From positions 1 through 64,000 of IMG/VR virus record IMGVR_UViG_3300032245_001860: a DNA stretch of 64,000 nt; one strand, given 5' to 3'. Under the pieces are notes generated by a model. The model did no database searches and had not been told where the DNA came from. It saw only the letters and a program-made list of their open reading frames with translations. Made by a program: the position numbers and the translations under genes. Below are positions 1 to 9,802 of the stretch, piece after piece. Numbering within the stretch: the stretch's first letter is position 1; each line of letters opens with the position of its first letter.

Positions 1-1
1 T

Positions 2-1045
2 GTCAAGCCAGAATCTGATGTACGCCTTCAGGACGCTTCGACCCTGACCAATGGCATGACCCTTACAAAGTCTGGTCTCAATTCGCTTCGGTCATTCACT
101 GACATTCCATCGTCCATGGTTTCGTTCTTGGAAGAGCGTGGGTTTGAAGAAGACTTGACCCGTTTTGTCAATTCCGAATTGAACCGCCGGGAACAAGACT
201 GGTCAAACGATGGCAAGGAATCAAGAGAATTCCGTGTCCGTGTCCGCCAAGATGAGAATGGCAACGATGCTGTACGGGCTGTTGTATCTGGTCGATATGG
301 TGTGATTGATAACCATGAGGCTATGGAAATGATTGCAAATTCTTTGCCTTCATTGTCTGATGCGCTTGCATCCCACATATCCAATGATGGAGATGATATC
401 TTTGGTAACGTGCTTTTACCAGACTACATGAAGAGTGAACCAGACTCTGATTATGGGGTAGGCATTGCATTCCGCAACAGCGAGATTAAGAATTCTACCT
501 TCAACATCTCACCGTTCCTGTTCCGTGCCATCTGCCTTAACGGTATGATTTGGGGTCGGCAGGATTCCAGTATCCAAATTAACCAAAAGCATCTTGGCAA
601 CATTGACCGTGCGGAATTGCAACATAAGGTTAACCATGCCGTCAAGGTTGCATTGACACAAGGCAATGACCTTTTGACTTTGCTTGGACATTCCAAGAAA
701 GTTAAGGTTGACAACCCATTGCAGGTGATTGCACAACTCTCCCGTGATAATGGTATGACCATTGAACAAGGACGTGCATGGCACAAGGGATACTTGGAAT
801 CCCTTGGTGAGGCTAACGGTCAACTACATGACCGTTCTGCATTCGGTATTGTCAACGGTTTGACCCGTTCTGCCCAACTTTACAAGGGTTCTACCCGTGA
901 AAGCATGGAAACAACCGCTTCTTTGATACTTTCACCTGCTATTGATGCAGATTTGCAGGCAATAAGCAAAAGATGGGGCAGAATTGCCGATAATGCATCA
1001 CAATTGAAGGAAAAAGTGGTGCAACAGTACGCTTATATAGGCTAA
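2..1045 (+). CDS. DUF932-family phage protein (5' end outside window)
   Basis: Frame is open from position 2; NSEI..STFNISPFLFRAICLNGMI motif and C-terminal F.IVNGLT resemble DUF932. Confidence 0.65.
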   Translation, partial: VKPESDVRLQDASTLTNGMTLTKSGLNSLRSFTDIPSSMVSFLEERGFEEDLTRFVNSELNRREQDWSNDGKESREFRVRVRQDENGNDAVRAVVSGRYGVIDNHEAMEMIANSLPSLSDALASHISNDGDDIFGNVLLPDYMKSEPDSDYGVGIAFRNSEIKNSTFNISPFLFRAICLNGMIWGRQDSSIQINQKHLGNIDRAELQHKVNHAVKVALTQGNDLLTLLGHSKKVKVDNPLQVIAQLSRDNGMTIEQGRAWHKGYLESLGEANGQLHDRSAFGIVNGLTRSAQLYKGSTRESMETTASLILSPAIDADLQAISKRWGRIADNASQLKEKVVQQYAYIG

Positions 1046-1233
1046 AACCTGCATAAGTGACACTAAATCCCCTTATAACACGCTTATAAGGGGATTATTC
1101 TACTTAAATAATTTATTTGCAGCTCCTCCCCTTGGGGTGGTAGACCTACCACCCCAAAATATCCATGTCAAATAAAATAATTTTTCTTGCATCCCTTGTA
1201 TGAGGTGATATAATTCAGATTGAGGAAACCACT

Positions 1234-3219
1234 ATGATAGTTGATGACATGAGAGCCACAGTTTTGGTCAATGGAACGATGACAGAATCGTTCTTTACTG
1301 TAAAGCAAGAGAACCTTGCACATATCTTTTCTATTCTACGCAACAATTTGTATTCTGATAAGGCTGGCGCAATCATCCGTGAATATTGCACAAATGCCTA
1401 TGATGCTCACGTTCAAGCTGGCATCAAAGATACTCCAATTTCAATCAAGTGTCCAACATCATTCCACCAATTGCTTTGCATTCGTGACTATGGTTATGGT
1501 TTGTCAGAAGATGAGATTTTCAACATCTATGCATCCTATGGTGAATCCACAAAGCGTAACACAAATGACCAAGTAGGAATGATGGGTTTGGGTTCCAAGT
1601 CTGCATTCTCTTACACTGATTCATTCACCATCATATCTTACAATCAAGGTATGCAGAAAAATTACCTTGCATACATTGATGATTCTGGCATTGGTAAGGT
1701 CATGAAGGTAGAAGAGAATCCAACCACTGAGACTGGAATTGAAATTCAAATTCCTGTAGCACGTTTTGATTGTTACAAGTTTGAGAATGCCATCACCAAA
1801 CAATTGAAATTTTTCAGTCCAAAGCCTGTTATCAATCTCGCATATGTCCAAAGGTCTTTAGAAGAGAATCTCAATATTCACATCCATGGTGATGGGTACG
1901 ATATCATCAATTCCTACGACACACATTTTGTTGTGATGGGGAATGTTGCATATCCTTTTACCACTGAGACATTTGAGAATCACCCGCATTTCAAAGATGC
2001 AATTAACAGCTTAACTGAACATTCATTAAAAATTGTTCTGTATGCAAAGATAGGTGATGTAATACCATCTGCTTCCCGTGAATCTCTTGACTTATGTGAG
2101 AAGACCATCAATTGGATTGGTAATGCGTTAATCAATGTATCTGATGACGTTAAGCAAAACCTTGTCAGCCAAATGGATGCTTCCGACACAATCTGGAATA
2201 CAAAAGTAAGATTCTCAAATCTGAAATCCAAATTCCAAAGATTATTGACTGGCTACACAAAAGATGGCATTCTGTGTGATTCAAACCAGACTGATGTACC
2301 AAAGATTCCACTCATCACCGCCAAGAGACTGAATGAGAATAAGTTTGAGACTGTTGAGAAAATTTACAATACATCCCGGACTGTAATCTATGTTAGTAAA
2401 GGTGACGTAACATCTGGCTCAATCAAAAAGCGGATTAAGTTGGACAATCATTCATCTGATTTGTTGTATGCTGTTGAATGCAAAGATAGAGCCACATACA
2501 ATGAATTTATCAATCATCCTGAAATCATCGGCGCAAACATCATAGACCTTGCGACAATTGAACTACCAAAGATTGAACGTGAGAAAACAGCCTCCAATCA
2601 TGATGCTTATCAGTTTGTAGGTGACAGATATAACAATCAACCAAGAGATGCATGGCAAAAGACCCGTGTTAATTTCAAACTTGGAACAGGCGTATACATC
2701 AAGATTAGCAATTATAATGTCGAAGGCTTCTCTCCACATATGATGTACAAGGTACTTGAATCTCTTAAGGACTTGGGACATGAAATCACCTTGTATGGCA
2801 TTCGAGATAGTGATTCATCAAAATTGGGTGCTGGCTGGAAACACCTTAAAGTTTACGTGCAAGAGGTCATAGATAATTTGCCACAATCATTCAAGGATAG
2901 TGCTTCCAGAGGTTACATCCATGATTATATTGATATTGATACACGCTCTTTGTACGATTCATTTGCTCACTTAGATAATGACCCATTCAACTTTAAGGAC
3001 ATTGTAGACTTTGATAACTACAATTATGATGACACTAAAGCAATTCAAACGATAAGTTTGTTCATTAACTGTAATTTCAGATATGATTTGACAAAAGAGA
3101 AGCAAATTGTCAATGAATTGAAAGAATTACGGTCAAAGTATCCCTTAATTAAGTATACACAGATACATAGCGGTTCAATACCGTACATTAAGGAGTACAT
3201 TGAGGCTATGAACAGGTAG
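1234..3219 (+). CDS. rIIA: rIIA-like protein with N-terminal GHKL/HATPase domain
   Basis: LYSDK..IIREYCTNAYDAH, IRDYGYGLS and GMMGLGSKSAFSY motifs; directly upstream of rIIB-like gene. Confidence 0.88.
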   Translation: MIVDDMRATVLVNGTMTESFFTVKQENLAHIFSILRNNLYSDKAGAIIREYCTNAYDAHVQAGIKDTPISIKCPTSFHQLLCIRDYGYGLSEDEIFNIYASYGESTKRNTNDQVGMMGLGSKSAFSYTDSFTIISYNQGMQKNYLAYIDDSGIGKVMKVEENPTTETGIEIQIPVARFDCYKFENAITKQLKFFSPKPVINLAYVQRSLEENLNIHIHGDGYDIINSYDTHFVVMGNVAYPFTTETFENHPHFKDAINSLTEHSLKIVLYAKIGDVIPSASRESLDLCEKTINWIGNALINVSDDVKQNLVSQMDASDTIWNTKVRFSNLKSKFQRLLTGYTKDGILCDSNQTDVPKIPLITAKRLNENKFETVEKIYNTSRTVIYVSKGDVTSGSIKKRIKLDNHSSDLLYAVECKDRATYNEFINHPEIIGANIIDLATIELPKIEREKTASNHDAYQFVGDRYNNQPRDAWQKTRVNFKLGTGVYIKISNYNVEGFSPHMMYKVLESLKDLGHEITLYGIRDSDSSKLGAGWKHLKVYVQEVIDNLPQSFKDSASRGYIHDYIDIDTRSLYDSFAHLDNDPFNFKDIVDFDNYNYDDTKAIQTISLFINCNFRYDLTKEKQIVNELKELRSKYPLIKYTQIHSGSIPYIKEYIEAMNR

Positions 3220-3410
3220 GTTTCCTCAAATAATACCTGTTCAGAAGGGTGGAGCTTTTCCACCCTTTTTTTATTTGTCAACCCAGATGTGGGGTGGTAG
3301 TCTTACCACCCCAATGAGACAGATTGCAAATAAAATAAATTTTCCTATATAAAAAATATTTTGTTGCAGTGGTATAAAGAGATATGGTATGATTCTCTGT
3401 TAGCAAATTA

Positions 3411-4613
3411 ATGGAGAGAAAAATGGATAATATACCAGTCATTCACAACACCGACCCAGTATCAGGGTCTCTAACTGTATTTCTTGATGGCAAGCAATAC
3501 AAGATTTTTGTATCTGAGCCAAATTTCCAATCTGCTCTTACCGCATATAAAAGCAAAGACTGGGAATCTCTTCGCAATATTGTAAACCCTGCTGAAGCCT
3601 TCAAGAAACTCTATGCCAAATATGAGCAGATTGAGGTTAAGGATGGCAATGTCTTTGTCAGCGGTGAACCAATCTCTACCCTTGTCGCAAACCGAATCCT
3701 TGATTACTTGTCAATGGAACTTGACTGTGTCCCTGTATTCAAGTTTATCACCAAGTTGAATTTGAATCCAAGTAAACGTGCAGTCGATGAACTGTACACC
3801 TTCCTTGAGCATAAGTTCTTGCCAATCACTGAGAATGGTAATTTTCTTGCTTACAAGGCTTTACGCTCGGACTACACCGATGTTCACACTGGTAAATTTT
3901 TAAACACTGTAGATTCGGTGTTGGAAATGCCACGGAACAAAGTGGATGATAACAAAGAGGTAGGATGTTCTTACGGCTTCCATGCTGGCACTCTTGAATA
4001 CGCCAGAGATTTCCGACCTTCCAATGGTAAGTTGGTTGTAGTGGAAATCAACCCAGCAGATGTGGTTTCGATTCCGACTGATTGTCAATGTCAGAAATTG
4101 CGTACCTGCAAGTACAAGGTTCATTCCGAGTATGAGGTTCCGCTTGAAGACCTCACCTATGAATCACGCTACACCACAGAGTATGATGATGATGTAGACC
4201 GAGAATGGGATGATGATGGTAAATTTGCCTGTTCTGGTTGTGGATGGAATCGCCATATGTGTGAAGAGTGCGACTATTGTGTGGATTGTTGCGACTGTCC
4301 ACAAGATGATAATGGTTATGAAGAACCCGAAGGTGGCTGTATGGGTGACCCTGATGCACCAAAAATAGAAATACAGCTCGAATTGAATCTTGATAATAAG
4401 ATGACCTCAAATTGGGCAGATGCGAGATTTCAATATCTTGTAATGTTGCCTTGGCTTTATGCTCATCAACGTCCTGCTGTAGCCAATGCCTTGAGGCGAT
4501 TTTATGCTGATGTTGATGACCAGAATAAAATAAATCCTATATTTGCTATCCTTAAGCAATTCACATCTGATGAGGATGCTTATAAGATTTACAAGGAATT
4601 CACAAATTCATAA
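3411..4613 (+). CDS. rIIB: rIIB-like protein with Cys-rich/acidic C-terminal extension
   Basis: LNLNPS..AVDELYTFL, LPITENGNFLAYK, CSYGFHAG and VEINPADVVSIPTD..KLRTCKY motifs. Confidence 0.88.
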   Translation: MERKMDNIPVIHNTDPVSGSLTVFLDGKQYKIFVSEPNFQSALTAYKSKDWESLRNIVNPAEAFKKLYAKYEQIEVKDGNVFVSGEPISTLVANRILDYLSMELDCVPVFKFITKLNLNPSKRAVDELYTFLEHKFLPITENGNFLAYKALRSDYTDVHTGKFLNTVDSVLEMPRNKVDDNKEVGCSYGFHAGTLEYARDFRPSNGKLVVVEINPADVVSIPTDCQCQKLRTCKYKVHSEYEVPLEDLTYESRYTTEYDDDVDREWDDDGKFACSGCGWNRHMCEECDYCVDCCDCPQDDNGYEEPEGGCMGDPDAPKIEIQLELNLDNKMTSNWADARFQYLVMLPWLYAHQRPAVANALRRFYADVDDQNKINPIFAILKQFTSDEDAYKIYKEFTNS

Positions 4614-4772
4614 GAATTGTGATTTGTCAAGAGTATCCCCGGAGAAATCTGGGGATATTTTTTTATTTGAAGCTTTACCCTTGGGGTGATAATATTATCA
4701 CCCCAAATCTTTCATTAAATAACAAAAATAAATGTTTCAAACTGGCTTATTTTAGATATAATATGATAGAGT

Positions 4773-5423
4773 TTGATATCCAACAAAGGGGATAAAAAAA
4801 TAGTGGAACAAAAGTATGTGAATGAAGTACTTGGTGCAATAGGAGAAAAAGTAGTATCCAGCACCAAAGATTTAGATTTTGAAGCAGCGAAGGCTTTTGC
4901 GGATATAGGTTTATTGATTAAGAATTTTAATCATTTGAATATGCCTAAATTTCCTGAAACAATAGATTTAAAGAATGAAGACCACATCAATCTTAATCTT
5001 CCAGTTTCAAATCTTCAATTAGCATTGGAAGATTTGTTACCTAAGCAAGAATCTACTCCAGTTAAAAAAACATCACGACAAAGGACATCTACTAAGAGAA
5101 AACCACGTCGAAATATGGTATTTGGAGTTAGTGAATTAGAGACAGAAAATTTTATCATTGCTTGCCTACAAAAAACCAATGGCAAAGGAATGGGAAATGA
5201 GATAGCTGATACATTTGGTGAACACTATAAATCTCAATTCACTGAAGATGATTTGTCAATATCAGAGTTTCCTGACAACAATGGTAAATCATTAACCAGA
5301 CGAATCATGTGGAGACAAAGGTTCTTTTATGTTGTTTCTTCCATGCGTAAAAGAAACATTATTGTAAGCAGCACCCCAAATTTCTATGTTTTACATGAAG
5401 ATTATCTCTTGAGTAAGGTATAA
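4773..5423 (+). CDS. Hypothetical protein, possible C-terminal winged-helix (Mrr_N-like); start uncertain
   Basis: WRQRFFYVVSSMRKRNII..PNFYVL pattern; own promoter after palindrome 4682. Confidence 0.45.
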   Translation: MISNKGDKKIVEQKYVNEVLGAIGEKVVSSTKDLDFEAAKAFADIGLLIKNFNHLNMPKFPETIDLKNEDHINLNLPVSNLQLALEDLLPKQESTPVKKTSRQRTSTKRKPRRNMVFGVSELETENFIIACLQKTNGKGMGNEIADTFGEHYKSQFTEDDLSISEFPDNNGKSLTRRIMWRQRFFYVVSSMRKRNIIVSSTPNFYVLHEDYLLSKV

Positions 5424-5485
5424 TGTATATGTTGCTGGTAATCACAAACTTGCCAGCAACATATTTTGATGGTATAATAGATTAT

Positions 5486-5566
5486 CCTCCGGTGGTGGAA
5501 CGGTATACACGACGGACTTAAAATCCGTTGGCGCAAGCCTTACGAGTTCGAATCTCGTCTGGAGGA
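5486..5566 (+). tRNA. tRNA-Leu(TAA)
   Basis: Acceptor CCTCCGG/CTGGAGG, anticodon arm ACGGA-CTTAAAA-TCCGT, long variable arm, TTCGAAT T-loop. Confidence 0.93.
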
Positions 5567-5570
5567 CTTT

Positions 5571-5642
5571 GGGTTGGTAGCTCAGTGGTAGAGCAGTGCC
5601 CTTTTAAGGCATTGGTCGTGGGTTCAAATCCCACCCAACCCA
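5571..5642 (+). tRNA. tRNA-Lys(TTT)
   Basis: Acceptor GGGTTGG/CCAACCC, anticodon loop CTTTTAA, TTCAAAT T-loop. Confidence 0.95.
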
Positions 5643-5803
5643 TTTCACTTGGATTGTTTCATGCCTTTCTTACCAAGTGAAAACCAATCCCCCTCTTTCA
5701 GGCAGAGGGGGATTTCCTTATTTATGGGGTTATAATATTATAACCCCAAGATCTTGTTCTAAATAAAATTTGCACAGATTTAATTTATGTGATATAAAAG
5801 GAT

Positions 5804-6295
5804 ATGGAAAACACTACTATTGTTCCCACATTTGAGATTCATGTCCAGTTTAGTTGGAAATATCCCGGCAAGCCTTTTAAAAATATAGTCAAGGATGGCT
5901 ATATTCAATCTATTAATACAGAAGACAAATTGATTGCCGAAGAGTTTATCAATACCTTTGTCAGCAACTATGAGATTGGTATTTGTGAAGTGAAGGATAT
6001 GAAAATTCTATCCATCAAGAGAGTATTTACTTTTGATGAATGGGTGGAGAAATACAAGCCAATTCAGAATCATATAGAAGAATCAAGCACATTTGAGGGC
6101 TATGCTTTCGAGACATATGGTGAAGAGTTTGATTTCGTATGCAATCAATCTCCAGACAAAATTTGGACATTGAGAAACTTAGGTCATCGAGAAGTTATTA
6201 CATTTGGCTTGGGATGGGTTGACAGAGACTTTTATTTTGTCACTGAGAAGCCATGTGAAAAAGAAGATGAATTGAAACAAATCGTTGTGATATAA
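5804..6295 (+). CDS. Hypothetical phage protein
   Basis: 163-aa ORF; ATG 5 nt after TGA-TATAAA -10 box; FETYGEE motif common in phage proteins. Confidence 0.7.
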   Translation: MENTTIVPTFEIHVQFSWKYPGKPFKNIVKDGYIQSINTEDKLIAEEFINTFVSNYEIGICEVKDMKILSIKRVFTFDEWVEKYKPIQNHIEESSTFEGYAFETYGEEFDFVCNQSPDKIWTLRNLGHREVITFGLGWVDRDFYFVTEKPCEKEDELKQIVVI

Positions 6296-6309
6296 TTTGA
6301 GGAAACAAA

Positions 6310-6651
6310 ATGGGACTTGATAATTTTTGGAAGAAGAACCCAGATGAATTTGGTATTGTTAAAGCTAAGTTGAAAGTTTGTGGTTCAATGCTAAATGATG
6401 ATGATGATGAAAACTATTCATTTCGTGGCAAAGTATATTCTAATATAATTCAAGATGTTTCTATGGTTAATCTTTATGATGATATAATACCTCATGAAAC
6501 AGTGAAACAGATAGCAGATGATTTGGAATCTGTAACATTCATTCCAGAGTACATTGTTCATTATGACATTGAAGAAGATGAGTTTATAGACCTTGCCAAG
6601 ATGTTCAGACTCCATGCTGATGCTGGTCATTATCTTGTAAGTAGTTGGTGA
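6310..6651 (+). CDS. Hypothetical phage protein (MGLD...SW type)
   Basis: GAGG RBS; MGLD N-terminus, SFRGKVY motif. Confidence 0.7.
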   Translation: MGLDNFWKKNPDEFGIVKAKLKVCGSMLNDDDDENYSFRGKVYSNIIQDVSMVNLYDDIIPHETVKQIADDLESVTFIPEYIVHYDIEEDEFIDLAKMFRLHADAGHYLVSSW

Positions 6652-6656
6652 AAAAT

Positions 6657-6860
6657 ATGCCCCAAGATACATTAAATTATTTATCTGAAAAAACCGAGCA
6701 TGATTTGTTAGTCATACTTGAAGGATTTCGAATGCTTTTGGCTGATGCTGAATTGTTTGATATGTTAGCTGAAAAGTTAGATTACAATGATGATTGTCTA
6801 ATGGAATTGAGAGATGATGTTCAAAATTATCTTGAAGATGTTCTTGTAGATGTGGTATAA
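6657..6860 (+). CDS. Small acidic hypothetical protein
   Basis: ORF in operon with upstream genes, D/E-rich. Confidence 0.6.
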   Translation: MPQDTLNYLSEKTEHDLLVILEGFRMLLADAELFDMLAEKLDYNDDCLMELRDDVQNYLEDVLVDVV

Positions 6861-6870
6861 TTAGTTTGTT

Positions 6871-6955
6871 GGAGAGGTGGCTGAGTGGTCGATAGCGACT
6901 GTCTTGAAAACAGTTAACGTGAAAGCGTTCGCAGGTTCGAATCCTGTCCTCTCCT
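6871..6955 (+). tRNA. tRNA-Ser(TGA)
   Basis: Acceptor GGAGAGG/CCTCTCC, anticodon arm ACTGT-CTTGAAA-ACAGT, long variable arm AACG-TGAAAG-CGTT, TTCGAAT T-loop. Confidence 0.94.
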
Positions 6956-6968
6956 TTTTTAAAACACC

Positions 6969-7274
6969 ATGACTAAAGAACAAGCAGAAGAAATTAAAAC
7001 AACAATAGATGGTTTTAATAAGCTTTATCATCCTATAACTTTGTCTTTTGATATGTATAGAAATCCAAAAGAAGACCATGATGATAATTGGTTTGTCACT
7101 ATTGTTTATCATGTTACTCCAGATGATTGGTTTACTTTTGTTAGCTTAAGTTTTAATTTTGAAATGGTATCAGATAAGCTTAAAGGATATCAGTTTGCTT
7201 TGGAAGCAGTGCAAGCATATCAAGAAGAATATGGAAATTTAAAATTTTCTCATTCTGGCTTGCCTTTGGGGTAG
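6969..7274 (+). CDS. Hypothetical protein
   Basis: 101-aa ORF between tRNA-Ser and a terminator. Confidence 0.65.
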   Translation: MTKEQAEEIKTTIDGFNKLYHPITLSFDMYRNPKEDHDDNWFVTIVYHVTPDDWFTFVSLSFNFEMVSDKLKGYQFALEAVQAYQEEYGNLKFSHSGLPLG

Positions 7275-7438
7275 GAGTCAATATTGAAACAGAATGAGAG
7301 CTATCCCCCAGTTTAGTAGTGTTTTCTGGGGGATTTTTTATGCATGGGGTTATAATATTATAACCCCAATTCTCTTACTCAAAATAAAATTTGCATTTCA
7401 AGATATTGTGATATAATGAGCCATCAGAGGTAAATACA

Positions 7439-7816
7439 ATGTCGAAATCTATCAATGTTGTTTATATTGAAACTCCACGTCATGGCTATCTCAAGGTAGA
7501 TGGTGATGATGTTCGTGCAAGAAATATCAGTCAATCATTTTCAGACTATTCTTATTATGATGAAGACAATGATATTTTTTATCTTGAAGAAGACCGTGAT
7601 GCTTCAATGTTTTCTAAGCGATGTGAACTTGATGGTGTTACAACAATAGAAACAGATGAATACATGGATTCTGATGAAGAAGCAAAAAATATCCTTTGCC
7701 ATAATGATGCTCTTGGCGGTGATGTGGGATATTTTGGCGAACTTGAACAAAACCATGTAGGATTAGAAAAATTCTTCAGTGACGAAGATGATGATGACGA
7801 AGAAGATGAAGAGTAA
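7439..7816 (+). CDS. Acidic hypothetical phage protein
   Basis: GAGG RBS; TPRHGYLKV and FYLEEDRDA motifs, poly-D/E tail. Confidence 0.7.
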   Translation: MSKSINVVYIETPRHGYLKVDGDDVRARNISQSFSDYSYYDEDNDIFYLEEDRDASMFSKRCELDGVTTIETDEYMDSDEEAKNILCHNDALGGDVGYFGELEQNHVGLEKFFSDEDDDDEEDEE

Positions 7817-7945
7817 AATCTTTTCATTTTTAGAAATGGTGTATTTTATGATTTATTTCCTAATTGCTATCATTGCTGGTATCATACTTTATCCATTGTC
7901 TTTTCTTATTAAAAAAGAGCATTACGAAGAAAGTGGATATGATGT

Positions 7946-8176
7946 ATGAAATATGTGCTTTATGAAGTGACAGAAAATTATGATGTAGTAATCAAATTAT
8001 CTTTTGAGAATCACACATATTTAAATGCTTTTATTGAACAGCATACAACAGAAAAATCATATGAGCCAAAATTTCTTGTATTAGAATTTGATTCAAATGA
8101 TGATATTGAATATCTTTCTGAATATCAAGGAACTGAACAAAAAAGTCGAAAATATGTGGCGAAGATTATAGATTAA
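7946..8176 (+). CDS. Hypothetical protein
   Basis: 76-aa ORF in cassette. Confidence 0.55.
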   Translation: MKYVLYEVTENYDVVIKLSFENHTYLNAFIEQHTTEKSYEPKFLVLEFDSNDDIEYLSEYQGTEQKSRKYVAKIID

Positions 8177-8191
8177 AGGTATTATTAGTTT

Positions 8192-8312
8192 GTTCAAGAT
8201 GTCTTCAGCATCAAGAACAAAATCCAGAAGGTGGTGCTTCTGGAAAACCATGAGAAGGATGTATCTAAACCTCCTTTGCCAGTTCGTATCTCCTTGGTAC
8301 ATTCTTCTCATG
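8192..8312 (+). ncRNA. Putative structured small RNA with CU-rich anti-SD loop
   Basis: Hairpin TCCAGAAG/CTTCTGGA at 8223-8244; 15-bp stem 8249-8312 enclosing CCTCCTT and TCTCCTT. Confidence 0.5.
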
Positions 8313-8315
8313 ATT

Positions 8316-8383
8316 TGGTGGATAGCTTAAGTAGAGCAGAGGAACATAAGCCTTTGATATGGGTGCAAATCCCATTCCACCTT
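8316..8383 (+). tRNA. Degenerate tRNA-like element, CAT anticodon
   Basis: GGTGGA/TCCACC acceptor, ATGGG-TGCAAAT-CCCAT T arm, irregular anticodon arm. Confidence 0.5.
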
Positions 8384-8385
8384 TT

Positions 8386-8458
8386 GGGCGATTAGCTTAA
8401 TGGTTAAAGCAGGGGACTCATAATCCCTTGAGTGGGGGTTCGAGTCCCTCATCGCCCA
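8386..8458 (+). tRNA. tRNA with CAT anticodon (Ile2 likely, or Met)
   Basis: Acceptor GGGCGAT/ATCGCCC, anticodon arm GGGGA-CTCATAA-TCCCT, TTCGAGT T-loop. Confidence 0.92.
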
Positions 8459-8711
8459 TTGTTTCTGGTTGGTTGGTGTTTTGCATGTCCTATCTCTTCC
8501 CTCCATTAAAATTTCCAGAGAGAAATTATGGAGGGATTTTTTTATTTGAAAATCGAGCTTGGGGTGATTGAATAATCACCCCAATATTTCGAGATAAAAC
8601 ATACCACAATTGCCAGTTAAAGAATAAATTAGTTGATATAAATACACGCATTAGGTATACTATATTACGTGATGAAAATCACACAATGACAAAAGAAAGT
8701 CCTACAATAAA

Positions 8712-9071
8712 ATGTCAATTGTTCATGAAATGCAGGTAGCGGTTCAGGAACAGAAGCGTCATCGTGGTAACCCTAAATTGGGCGTTTCTCTTCCTTATTC
8801 TGTTGTGAGAGAAGCAATAAAATCACATCAATTCAAAAACTTCAAGCAATATCAGGATTGGGTTCGTGAGAATAATCCTGAAGGTTTTCCATTACATCCC
8901 AAGATGACCTACTCAAGGAAGAATGAATGGATAAGCAAGGCTCATTTTCTTGGTAAAACAGAAGACATCACTCCAGAGATTGTCGCACAAGAAGATAAGA
9001 CCATTGAAACCCCGATTGCTTTTGGTGGATTGAGACGTATTATAAGGCAAATACTGGGGATAAGCAAGTGA
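8712..9071 (+). CDS. Protein with a phage integrase-repeat-like unit
   Basis: Y..W...NP.GFPLHP..TY....EWIS..HFLG pattern. Confidence 0.6.
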   Translation: MSIVHEMQVAVQEQKRHRGNPKLGVSLPYSVVREAIKSHQFKNFKQYQDWVRENNPEGFPLHPKMTYSRKNEWISKAHFLGKTEDITPEIVAQEDKTIETPIAFGGLRRIIRQILGISK

Positions 9072-9230
9072 TTCTAAAGGGGAGAGTAAAATCTCCCCTT
9101 TTTTATTTGTCATGGCAAGCTGGGGTGATAATATTATCACCCCAAAAGAGAACAAATAATTTTAATTTTTTGTACCTAATTCTTTTACCAATCTCTTGCA
9201 AGTTATACTACATTATGTTATTATTAGTCA

Positions 9231-9782
9231 GTGGTTGATAAACAAAAACAATCAATCAAGGAGAAGAAGTTGAAAAGTACGCTTTCACTTTCAGATGCTA
9301 TGAGCATCATTGTTGGTTCAAAGATTCGCTACAAGTCAGAGTATGAGAAGTTTGTTAGAGATAACAACCTCAAGGAAATCGGTTTACCTCTCTACCCTGT
9401 TATCTCTTACGGTAGTGCATTTCCGGGCTGGGATGCATTCCTTGGCAATCCAGAAGGCACAGCGAAAGCCACTGTTTCTGCTATAAGAGTCAACTCAGCA
9501 AACAACTCTAAGTTCTGGAAGAAATCATTAACACATACTGGTGTTTCTAAGCCAAAGTCATCATACCAGAAGCCTCAACCTGTAGTTGTTGTTCAAGATA
9601 TGAGTATGGCAAATATTCTCCAGACTCTTCACAATGATTTTGGAATTGCTTTGCCAACCTTGTATCGTTTGAATGAAGAAGCCAAACAAACCTCATTAAT
9701 GAAGGTCGAAGCAATCAATGAAACCCTTACTGTCCTATTGAAGATAGCAATAGAGAAAAGTAACACTAAAGTCAAGGTCTGA
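9231..9782 (+). CDS. Protein with a phage integrase-repeat-like unit (start probably TTG at 9270)
   Basis: EYEKF...LPLYP...YG..FPGWDAFLG pattern; AAGGAG RBS before 9270. Confidence 0.55.
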   Translation: MVDKQKQSIKEKKLKSTLSLSDAMSIIVGSKIRYKSEYEKFVRDNNLKEIGLPLYPVISYGSAFPGWDAFLGNPEGTAKATVSAIRVNSANNSKFWKKSLTHTGVSKPKSSYQKPQPVVVVQDMSMANILQTLHNDFGIALPTLYRLNEEAKQTSLMKVEAINETLTVLLKIAIEKSNTKVKV

Positions 9783-9802
9783 TACTTGACAAACCTCATT
9801 CG

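Noticed and set aside
28-823. Minus-strand shadow ORFs here and throughout (e.g. 6861-7112, 13447-13884, 34275-34625, 60165-60718)
   Set aside because: Antisense to well-supported genes or tRNAs and lacking motifs
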